Positions 11,243-19,077 of a DNA stretch of 64,000 nt are shown here, one piece after another (within the stretch, counting starts at the first letter, position 1; every line of letters begins with the position of its first letter). The position numbers and the translations under genes were made by a program. The notes under the pieces were generated by a model that made no database searches, was not told where the DNA came from, and saw only the letters and a list, made by a program, of their open reading frames with translations. Origin of the DNA: Mariprofundus sp. (GTDB lineage: Bacteria > Pseudomonadota > Zetaproteobacteria > Mariprofundales > Mariprofundaceae); NCBI GenBank assembly GCA_030951045.1, contig JAUZQJ010000012.1:1417-65416 (forward strand), given 5' to 3'.

Positions 11243-11270
11243 TTGCATCTGAAGAAGTTTGAACCATAAT
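11243..11270 (+). promoter_or_regulatory. sigma70-type promoter of tRNA-Phe
   Basis: TTGCAT-N16-CATAAT followed by a GC-rich discriminator (CCGGCCTCCC), typical of stable-RNA promoters. Confidence 0.6.
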
Positions 11271-11295
11271 CCGGCCTCCCAAAAGGGACGTCTGA

Positions 11296-11371
11296 GGGCA
11301 GATAGCTCAGTCGGTAGAGCAGTGGACTGAAAATCCACGTGTCGGGGGTTCGATTCCCTCTCTGCCCACCA
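11296..11371 (+). tRNA. tRNA-Phe (GAA)
   Basis: 76 nt; GGGCAGA/TCTGCCC acceptor stem, D-arm AGCTCAGTCGGTAGAGC, anticodon arm GTGGA-CTGAAAA-TCCAC, T-loop GGTTCGATTCC, encoded CCA. Confidence 0.98.
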
Positions 11372-11380
11372 CTACAAAAC

Positions 11381-11416
11381 AAAGGATTTGCGGAAACGCA
11401 GATCCTTTTTTGTTTT
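11381..11416 (+). terminator. intrinsic terminator after tRNA-Phe
   Basis: AAAGGATTTGCG-GAAA-CGCAGATCCTTT hairpin plus T-tract. Confidence 0.8.
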
Positions 11417-11583
11417 CGAAGTAAAAAGACCTCCAGTCGAGCAATTCAGATTTGTGGAAAATACTATGAAAGAGTCTTTTGTGGACTACTTTGACGTGGA
11501 AAGAGTGCATGAAGTGATGGCCAGTAAGTCATCGCGCAGTACACTGTAGTAGTTTCAAAGCTTGTTAACGATATTGGCTGGAC

Positions 11584-12861
11584 TCATTGATTCTCTCTCC
11601 GTGTAGCCAGTTCAGCCCGTTGTATTTTTGCTGCTGATTCTTCCAACCCTGCAAATATCGTTTCCGCGACGCGTAGCGGAAACTGTTCCGGTAGCATGGC
11701 ACAGACATCTCTAATTACCGTTGGCGTATCCACCAAAATTTCTTTAATAAATGAGTCGATCTGCCCTGCAAGTCCAAGCTTTGCAGCGGCTGCCCGGAAA
11801 TGGCGAGGATATACATCCTTGAGCTTATCGTTGGTACTACTATTGGAACGAAACGCCATGGCGAGCTTGGCATCATGCCAGCTAAGCTGATGTGCCTTTG
11901 CCCCCATAATCGGCCAGGTTGAAAGCACATCATATATTGGTGTCATTCTATATGTACCAGAAACCTCATGAAAGAGACTGAAATTCTTCGCATGACCATC
12001 AGTGGCTGCCAGTATCCAAAAGATAAGCTGCGTCTTAAAAAAGCTTCTGCGATCTTGATTGGATACGCTTGAACCACGCAGCAGCGTAAGGATTTCAGTT
12101 ATGCCCGGCCCGCCCTCATTCTCATACTTCAACGATGGTGGTTTACCTGATGCTTGGCACATGTCTTCTTGAGGAAGGCGTAGCCAATAAGTTCCTCCCT
12201 TAGAAAGCTTTCGATCAAACCGTTTAACAATCAATACTTTGGTTTCACCAAACGTGTCCATATCGCAATGCGCTGTATCTATGCCGTATGCAGCCATGAT
12301 TTTTGAGCATAACCACTCATTTTCTACAGATGTACTCATGTCTGCATCCATATTACCGACCAATCCAAGTGGCAGCTTCATGATATGTGTCGTTGGTGTT
12401 TGCTCCAAAGGCAGGCACCATTGCTTGTTGTGCCATAGCAGTGCTGTTTTCTCCTGAGCTCCCGCAATAGAAATGCTAAACGCTTCAGCATCTTCGCGCA
12501 GAAAGGTGTCACTGGAAGCAATTTTTAATTGTTTCTCCACTTCCATTTCTGCTAACAGTTCAAAGGGGGAGCTATTTCTAACTGCAAATTTCTGCTGAAT
12601 CCTTTTGCGAATGTTATTGCTATCAGGCAGCAAATTATCAAAGAAATTTTCAAACACATCTCCCTCATAAGGAAGGTTCTGCGGCCTAAAAGGCATGGAT
12701 AAAGACAAGATACGGCGCGAAGGATGCTCTAGCCATTGGCTGGCATATTGAAACTGTTGGGGCTTGGTTTTGAAAACAGTCCAGGAGCCAACAAGTACGC
12801 CGTTCATCCATACATTCAGCGACTTCTGGTTCTTTTTTCGCCTGCCCTTAATCTCTACCAT
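11584..12861 (-). CDS. hipA: HipA family Ser/Thr kinase toxin with an apparent internal deletion
   Basis: LSLSMP, FFDNLLPD, SIAGAQEKTAL, THIMK, ENEWLC, RLPQEDMCQ, TDGHAKNFS and PIYDV motifs; the GRD.VGA segment is missing. Confidence 0.93.
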   Translation of the reverse strand: MVEIKGRRKKNQKSLNVWMNGVLVGSWTVFKTKPQQFQYASQWLEHPSRRILSLSMPFRPQNLPYEGDVFENFFDNLLPDSNNIRKRIQQKFAVRNSSPFELLAEMEVEKQLKIASSDTFLREDAEAFSISIAGAQEKTALLWHNKQWCLPLEQTPTTHIMKLPLGLVGNMDADMSTSVENEWLCSKIMAAYGIDTAHCDMDTFGETKVLIVKRFDRKLSKGGTYWLRLPQEDMCQASGKPPSLKYENEGGPGITEILTLLRGSSVSNQDRRSFFKTQLIFWILAATDGHAKNFSLFHEVSGTYRMTPIYDVLSTWPIMGAKAHQLSWHDAKLAMAFRSNSSTNDKLKDVYPRHFRAAAAKLGLAGQIDSFIKEILVDTPTVIRDVCAMLPEQFPLRVAETIFAGLEESAAKIQRAELATRRENQ

Positions 12862-13115
12862 GATTCAACCTCAGGAGAGGCTGCCTTTGGTTCATCCCTG
12901 TTCCGTTCACGAATAATCAAGTCCATATCCAATTCAGAGCATATTTGTAATATTCGCTCAAAATGAACCTTCTCAGGAGATATTTCATTGCGGGCAAATA
13001 CACGCTGCGACACGCCAAGTTTTTGCCCCATATCTGTTTGCGTTAAACCCAAAGACTTCCTTTTACTTTTCATGATATCTGAAAGCTGCTTTGCAATAGC
13101 GATTTTATATTCCAT
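12855..13115 (-). CDS. hipB: HipB-like XRE/HTH antitoxin
   Basis: RKSLGLTQTDMGQKLGVSQ HTH; 86 aa; overlaps the hipA start by 7 bp. Confidence 0.88.
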   Translation of the reverse strand: MEYKIAIAKQLSDIMKSKRKSLGLTQTDMGQKLGVSQRVFARNEISPEKVHFERILQICSELDMDLIIRERNRDEPKAASPEVESW

Positions 13116-13231
13116 ACCTTCACCTCAAATCAAAAAGCGCCAATATTTTCCTTGTTGAGCATAATAACGGTGTTCTGTTTGTTTCAGAGTGATTCGATGG
13201 TTATGGTGCTTATCTTATAAATGGCAAAGAT

Positions 13232-14551
13232 ATGCAGGGGAATGAAATGAGCGGAAAAATGAGCATGACCAGTAAGATCATGATCTGGATGGTTGCCGGC
13301 CTTTTGGTTGGCAGTTTAATTAATAACTTCGCAGCCGATAATGCATGGGTGCAGGACTATCTGGTGATGGGACTATTTCATGTGGTGGGTGCGATCTTTA
13401 TCAGTATGTTGAAAATGCTGGTGGTGCCACTGGTAACATTCTCACTGATTTGTGGTGTTTGTGGTATTGGTGATCTGAGCAAGCTCGGACGTGTAGGTGG
13501 TAAAGCCTTTGCGTTGTTTATGTTGACTACGGCGTTGGCGATTACACTGGCCATTACCATAGCAACCTTTTTTGCGCCGGGTGAAGGTTTTGAACTTGCA
13601 TCTGCAACTACCGGTGCTTTTACTGCGCCTGTTGCACCGCCATTGAGTCAGGTGTTTATTGATCTGGTGCCGAGTAATCCGGTAGCGGCATATGCTGAAG
13701 GTAATATGTTGCAGATCATCTTTTTCACCATCCTGTTTGCTGTCTGTATTCTAATGATTGGAGAAGCAGGGCAACCGATTATCGATCTGTCTGAACGCCT
13801 GAACAGTGTGATGATGGAGGTGGTGAATGTGGTGATGCACGTGGCTCCGATTGGCGTATTTGCATTGATGGCCAAAACATTCTCCTTGCAGGGCATAGAT
13901 ATGATTGTGCCAATGATTGGCTATTTTGCGGTGTTGGTCTTTATTCTACTGCTGCATGCTACAGGCACATTGATGCTGCTGCTGAAGGTGCTTGGCCGGG
14001 TTAGCCCGATGCAATTTTTGCGTAAAATGCGTTCGGCTCAACTCTTTGCATTCAGCACTTCCAGCTCTAATGCTACGATCCCTGTGACACTGCAATGTGT
14101 TGAAAAACGGATTGGTGTAGATAACTCAACGGCGTCTTTTGTGGTGCCGTTTGGTGCGACCATTAATATGGATGGTACGGCCATTATGCAGGGGGTGGCG
14201 ACAGTATTTATCGCTAATGTGTATGGCATTGAGCTGGGTTTATCGGGTTATCTCACCGTGATTGCCATGTCGGTGTTGGCTTCGATTGGTACTGCCGGTG
14301 TGCCCGGTGTTGGTTTGATTATGCTGGCTATGGTGTTTAATCAGGTTGGTTTGCCGGTTGAAGGTATTGCCTTGATTATAGGTGTTGATCGACTGCTCGA
14401 TATGGTGCGTACAAGTGTAAACGTCACCGGCGATGCTGTTGTTACAACCATTATCGCGCGCAGTGAGAATAGTATTGATATGGATGTGTTTCATGATGCT
14501 AATGCCGGGCATGAGAAGGATGTTCACCTGCCGAAACGTGCTCCTGTGTGA
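13232..14551 (+). CDS. dicarboxylate/amino acid:cation symporter (DAACS)
   Basis: FSTSSSNATIP, GATINMDGTA and GVDRLLDMVRT.VNV.GD motifs; many TM helices. Confidence 0.93.
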   Translation: MQGNEMSGKMSMTSKIMIWMVAGLLVGSLINNFAADNAWVQDYLVMGLFHVVGAIFISMLKMLVVPLVTFSLICGVCGIGDLSKLGRVGGKAFALFMLTTALAITLAITIATFFAPGEGFELASATTGAFTAPVAPPLSQVFIDLVPSNPVAAYAEGNMLQIIFFTILFAVCILMIGEAGQPIIDLSERLNSVMMEVVNVVMHVAPIGVFALMAKTFSLQGIDMIVPMIGYFAVLVFILLLHATGTLMLLLKVLGRVSPMQFLRKMRSAQLFAFSTSSSNATIPVTLQCVEKRIGVDNSTASFVVPFGATINMDGTAIMQGVATVFIANVYGIELGLSGYLTVIAMSVLASIGTAGVPGVGLIMLAMVFNQVGLPVEGIALIIGVDRLLDMVRTSVNVTGDAVVTTIIARSENSIDMDVFHDANAGHEKDVHLPKRAPV

Positions 14552-14675
14552 GGCTACGACCTGTTCAATGTATGCTGGTATGCGAGGGCGTTTTTGTCTG
14601 AATGATTGTGGGTCAAATATGATGAATAAAACGGTACAGTGCGTTTGTGTGCTAAATTTCCTACACTTGCGCGCA

Positions 14676-15055
14676 CGGAGTGGCTTGGATGGTCGCGATA
14701 GAAGGATTCTTCTGTCGAGGAAAGTCCGGGCTGCACAGGACAGGGCGCCGGATAACGTCCGGTAAGAGTGATCTTGGGACAGTGCCACAGAGAATAGACC
14801 GCCAACCATCTTTGTTGATCGTTGGTAAGGGTGAAACGGTGCGGTAAGAGCGCCCCGCCCCGGCTGGTAACAGACGGGGGCACGGTAAACCCCGCCCGCA
14901 GCAAGGCCAAATAGGAAGGCGCCAAGCGTGGTCCACGTTTGCTTTCGGGTAGGCTGCTTGAGCCTGTCAGTAATGGCAGGCCTAGATGAATGACCATCGC
15001 TCTGTTTGTCGCAAGGCATACAGAGAGACAAAACCCGGCTTATCGAGCCACTCCG
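14676..15055 (+). ncRNA. rnpB: RNase P RNA (class A)
   Basis: GAGGAAAGTCCGGGC, GGGTGAAACGGTGCGGTAAGAG, CTAGATGAATG and ACAAAACCCGGCTTA motifs; P1 pairing CGGAGTGGCT/AGCCACTCCG. Confidence 0.97.
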
Positions 15056-15115
15056 TATTTAATATTCGGTCGTATGCCGTTAGCTTCGGCAAACGACAGA
15101 GGTCAGAGGCATAAA

Positions 15116-15670
15116 ATGAGCTTAAGTTTTTCAGATGCAGCCAAGGCGAAAAAACTGCGCGAGTATTTTAATCGCCATGGTCGAATCTATATTGTAGTGG
15201 ATGCCACTCAGGATGATGTGCTTGTGCCTGAAAGTTTGAGTGGTGATCCAGCTTTACGTTTGGTGTTGAATATTCGTATGCCTCAAATCATTCATATTCA
15301 TGATGACAGAATTGACTCGGACTTCTCATTTTCTGGTCAGACCTTCTCGTGCAAAATTCCCATGCATACTATTTGGGCCGCATATTTGCCTGAAGGGGAG
15401 CTTGAGCAGGGCATTATATGGGATGACAGCGTGCCTGAAATGATCAAAGCGATTGTGCAGGCTGTGCGTAGCAATATGTCTGATGAAGGCGTGCAGGAAC
15501 TGCATGATAATAAAACTAAGCTTTCCAGTGTTGAAGATGCATCAATGGATGCATTGAGCAGTGATACGTCGATCAATTCCACCATCACCGTGATTGAAGG
15601 TGGTGGTCAAGGCAAAGTGGACGATGGTGATAAAGTCCGAAAAAAGAATCATCTACGCGTGGTGAAATAA
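15116..15670 (+). CDS. sspB: SspB-like ClpXP adaptor
   Basis: V.VDAT..DV.VP and SFSG....C.IP..IWA; acidic linker; C-terminal HLRVVK ClpX-binding tail. Confidence 0.8.
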   Translation: MSLSFSDAAKAKKLREYFNRHGRIYIVVDATQDDVLVPESLSGDPALRLVLNIRMPQIIHIHDDRIDSDFSFSGQTFSCKIPMHTIWAAYLPEGELEQGIIWDDSVPEMIKAIVQAVRSNMSDEGVQELHDNKTKLSSVEDASMDALSSDTSINSTITVIEGGGQGKVDDGDKVRKKNHLRVVK

Positions 15671-16660
15671 ATGTTTAAAACACTGTCCAACTTACTATGC
15701 GCAGTAGCTTGTCTCTGTGTTGTTCAAATGCCTGCAATGGCCGCCGCTGATACACGTATGCAGGTAGATGTGCTGGCTGAAGAACACAATGTTGAAGTCA
15801 ATTGGTTGCACGCCAATGTGCGCGAGGCGGCTGCACTTGCATTGCCGGAATTGTGGAGCCGTATGGTGCCAAAATATGCCATAAGTAAGATTCCGAAACG
15901 TGTGAAAGCGGTGCTTTTCATGCAAAAAGCGAGTCCGACTAAAGACGGTGTTCGTATCACCTTTCACCAGCAGCGGGTGATCAATTACCTGAAAGAGCAT
16001 GAACTGCCATATATTGCGGAGCAGCCAGCACTGAATGTGGTGATTCAGCTGTACAATAAGCATGGTCGGCCGATGGGTGGTACAGCGAATGATCTGCTTG
16101 ATTACGCAGCCAATGAAGCGGCTGCAAAGGGTTACCGTGTCGATGGTCAAGGAGCATCGCTGGTGCTTTTGTGGCGCTGGCTGAATGAAAAACAGGTGAG
16201 TTTAAGCGTGCGAGGCAACTCTAAACTCAGTGAATATACTGACACACGCAGGCTCACTGCGGCTGATCCTCTCCGGCAGCTGAAAGCATGGATGAATGAA
16301 GTCTTATTGAAAGCGCGTGATGCCTATATCGAACCCACTGTGGCCGAGGCTGAAGATTTAGATGTTGCTCAGGATCAATTGAATTCACCCAATGGCTTGG
16401 TAATGCAGCCACTAACGAAACCGGAAGTTGAGCTGCGCCTTACGATTCAAAAAGAGGCGTCGATTGCTGATCAGGTGTTGTTTGAGCAGGATCTTAGGCG
16501 TGATCCCCGTATTTTAGAACTCTCATTGAGACGGGTGAACAGAGACGGGCAACAATATTATTTACAATTGAATGGCTCTGACGATCAATGGCTGAAACAG
16601 TGGTTTGCGCGCCGGGGTATGACACTGACAGCGACCATTGAAGGCTGGGTGGTACAGTAG
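15671..16660 (+). CDS. exported hypothetical protein (DUF2066-like position)
   Basis: Signal peptide; lies upstream of CDP-alcohol phosphatidyltransferase and hda, the usual DUF2066 context. Confidence 0.65.
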   Translation: MFKTLSNLLCAVACLCVVQMPAMAAADTRMQVDVLAEEHNVEVNWLHANVREAAALALPELWSRMVPKYAISKIPKRVKAVLFMQKASPTKDGVRITFHQQRVINYLKEHELPYIAEQPALNVVIQLYNKHGRPMGGTANDLLDYAANEAAAKGYRVDGQGASLVLLWRWLNEKQVSLSVRGNSKLSEYTDTRRLTAADPLRQLKAWMNEVLLKARDAYIEPTVAEAEDLDVAQDQLNSPNGLVMQPLTKPEVELRLTIQKEASIADQVLFEQDLRRDPRILELSLRRVNRDGQQYYLQLNGSDDQWLKQWFARRGMTLTATIEGWVVQ

Positions 16661-16719
16661 TGTTGGCTGGCTTAAATATGTTGTCAGTAGTTATTTAAGG
16701 ACGGGACACTTATCTTCTA

Positions 16720-17280
16720 ATGATGCAAGATCGAATCCTTAATATTCCCAATCTGCTGACATTAGCGCGTATTCTGATTACGCCATTTATTATTTATGCA
16801 ATTTTGGAACATCAGGCTGTGCTGGCCTTGATTTTAATGGCTGCTGCTGGCGTAACCGATATGCTGGATGGCGCTATTGCGCGTTATTTTAATCAGCGCA
16901 GTACGGTGGGAGCCTATATGGATCCTTTGGCTGATAAATTGTTGTTGATCAGCACCATCGTGACGCTCTATTTTATTGACCATCTTCCACTATACCTGTT
17001 TCTTGCGGTTATATTTCGTGATTTGATCATTGTGGTGGGGGCGATTGCCTATGAAATGGTTACCCACAAGCTGGAAATGCAGCCGAGCATTGCCTCCAAA
17101 GTAACAACGTTCTTGCAAATCACGCTGGTGCTGGCTGTTTTATCTGACATGGCCTGGCAGTTTCCGGGTCAGAATGTGCTCGAGCTGTCGATCCTGTTGA
17201 CCTTTACATTCACTTGTATTTCCGGTCTTCAGTACATGGTTGTATGGATGCGTAAAGCTGTTACCGATGAAGCTAAATAA
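16720..17280 (+). CDS. CDP-alcohol phosphatidyltransferase (PgsA-like)
   Basis: NIPNLLT, D.LDG.IAR...Q.S..GAYMDPLADK motif. Confidence 0.92.
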   Translation: MMQDRILNIPNLLTLARILITPFIIYAILEHQAVLALILMAAAGVTDMLDGAIARYFNQRSTVGAYMDPLADKLLLISTIVTLYFIDHLPLYLFLAVIFRDLIIVVGAIAYEMVTHKLEMQPSIASKVTTFLQITLVLAVLSDMAWQFPGQNVLELSILLTFTFTCISGLQYMVVWMRKAVTDEAK

Positions 17281-18014
17281 TGGGTGTCAGCAACCATCAA
17301 CTGCGTTTGCAGATGGATCTGCCGATAACGCATGATTATGGCACATGGTTACGGCATGCCGGTGTTGAATCAGCCTGTAATCATCTGGCTCTATGGAGTG
17401 TGCATGGTGGCAGAGTCTGGTTAACGTCAGCAGGGGCTGCCGGAAAAAGTCATCTACTGCGAACGCTTGCGACGGAACATGGTATTACCGCGATGCTGTA
17501 TGTGGACTCAGATGCCGATCATGACAGCAGCTGGCAACTGGCTCAGCAGTGGGAAAAGCATTTGGATGACCAATACTGTTGGTTGATTGATGTGCCTACT
17601 GGAGCAATTTCTTTGCCCATTGCTCACGCGTTATTTCACTTAATTGAACGCGGGCGTGATCAGCAGCGACCCATGGTGATTGCCTGGCGTGGAGATATAG
17701 GATTACTGCCTCCGGAGCTCTCTTCGCGCCTGCTGGCTATGGAAAAAGTTGATATGGCCGCACCTTCTTCCGATGATGAACTGTTGCAGATATTGGGTGC
17801 AAGCGCGGGCAATTTGCAGTGGGATATTCGTGAGCAGGTATTACAGGCCATGCTGATTTATTTGCCACGTCAGCTTGATCTATTGGTGAGCGCGCTGAAA
17901 GAACTGGAAGCACTCTCCTTTGAACAAAAACATAAACCGGGCCCGGCATGGGTGAAGCAGCAGTTAATGCGTATTGCTGAGCAGAGGCAAGGGCAATCGC
18001 ATTTAAATATTTAA
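17280..18014 (+). CDS. hda: DnaA regulatory inactivator Hda-like AAA+ protein
   Basis: N-terminal QLRLQM clamp-binding motif, AGKSHLL Walker A, LFHLIER, ELSSRL Arg finger; conserved context. Confidence 0.75.
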   Translation: MGVSNHQLRLQMDLPITHDYGTWLRHAGVESACNHLALWSVHGGRVWLTSAGAAGKSHLLRTLATEHGITAMLYVDSDADHDSSWQLAQQWEKHLDDQYCWLIDVPTGAISLPIAHALFHLIERGRDQQRPMVIAWRGDIGLLPPELSSRLLAMEKVDMAAPSSDDELLQILGASAGNLQWDIREQVLQAMLIYLPRQLDLLVSALKELEALSFEQKHKPGPAWVKQQLMRIAEQRQGQSHLNI

Positions 18015-18050
18015 TGTGGTGCTCCTAGAGCAGGAGCTCTCTCTTTGCTT

Positions 18051-18872
18051 TCAATGAACAGTCAGAGCATGTTTTTTCGCTTCATGCACATAGGTGTGCA
18101 GGCGTTTACGCCAGCCGCTTAACCAGCGGGCCTCGTTACGTGTAGGAGGCGATAAGTGTACGCGCCGGGTTAACATTGCGTCAGCGGCATCGGCGAAGGC
18201 TTTGATTGTAGCAATGCCTGACGCATCACTCGACATATATTGAAGGACTTGGAGCAGGCCCCAGCCCTTACCCTGGTAACGCTCTTTCAGGCTGGTGCCT
18301 TCCCCTTTGAAATTCACATAATCCATCAGCACATACATTCCCATGGGGGAGCGTGCTACGCGTTCAAACTGCTGGCGAATATGCTGTTGTGCGTCTTGAT
18401 CGAGCCCTGTGAGCAGTAGCGGTAAGGATGCACGCAACCGCTGCTGCATGAACGTTGCCTGAGTAGCTTTGCTTCGTATCAGAAATTCACGCAAAGCGTA
18501 CATCTTTTTACCATCATAGGCGGTCAGAAAGGCCGCCCTGTTCGGCCAGGGGTTGGCTTGCTCAGGATTGGCCGCCAACCATGCGGGCAGCGGTTCACCG
18601 TGTTGTTGCATAAACAGCAGAAGAGCGGGAAAACTTTCGCTGAAAGTTTTGTTGGATGCACCCGGATACCAGATAAAATGCCCGATACCGAGGGACGCGA
18701 ACTCCTCGCCTTCGTTCCAGGAGGTTAGGCAGCTGTTTTTTGAAGCGCACTCATTTTGGAATATGAGTTTGGCAATCTGATCGAGTTCATGCTCCGGTTC
18801 TGCCATTGAGGATAGCGGTGAGATCAGCAAAAAAAAGGAAAAGAGTAAAGGTAATGATCTGATATTGAGCAT
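18051..18872 (-). CDS. secreted conserved hypothetical protein (possible lysozyme-like fold)
   Basis: Signal peptide; QNEC..SWNEGEEFASLGIGHFIW, DYVNFKGEG and RWLSGWRKRL blocks. Confidence 0.75.
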   Translation of the reverse strand: MLNIRSLPLLFSFFLLISPLSSMAEPEHELDQIAKLIFQNECASKNSCLTSWNEGEEFASLGIGHFIWYPGASNKTFSESFPALLLFMQQHGEPLPAWLAANPEQANPWPNRAAFLTAYDGKKMYALREFLIRSKATQATFMQQRLRASLPLLLTGLDQDAQQHIRQQFERVARSPMGMYVLMDYVNFKGEGTSLKERYQGKGWGLLQVLQYMSSDASGIATIKAFADAADAMLTRRVHLSPPTRNEARWLSGWRKRLHTYVHEAKKHALTVH

Positions 18873-19077
18873 GCATGCCATTAGAATTCGCACGCGCAGT
18901 TGGTATAAAATTGCATGGTTCGGATGATAATCTATATCAGACAAAAAATAATGATCTGATTTTAAGCAGCGTACCCCGCCGGAGATGGGGTATAGCTACT
19001 GGCGCAAATGGTCTGTTTTGTAACTGCATGAGAAGCAACAAATTTGACCCTAATGATTTGACAGGCAGATTATCGCT

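Noticed and set aside
11307-11510. 67-aa minus-strand ORF
   Set aside because: Antisense translation of tRNA-Phe and its terminator.
14240-15031. Minus-strand ORFs of 263, 147 and 91 aa, and the N-terminal extension of the 14990 ORF
   Set aside because: Shadow ORFs of rnpB and the symporter gene.
17280-18014. Divergent Walker motifs in Hda as a pseudoenzyme
   Set aside because: Hda is naturally an atypical AAA+ protein; the clamp motif and Arg finger are kept.
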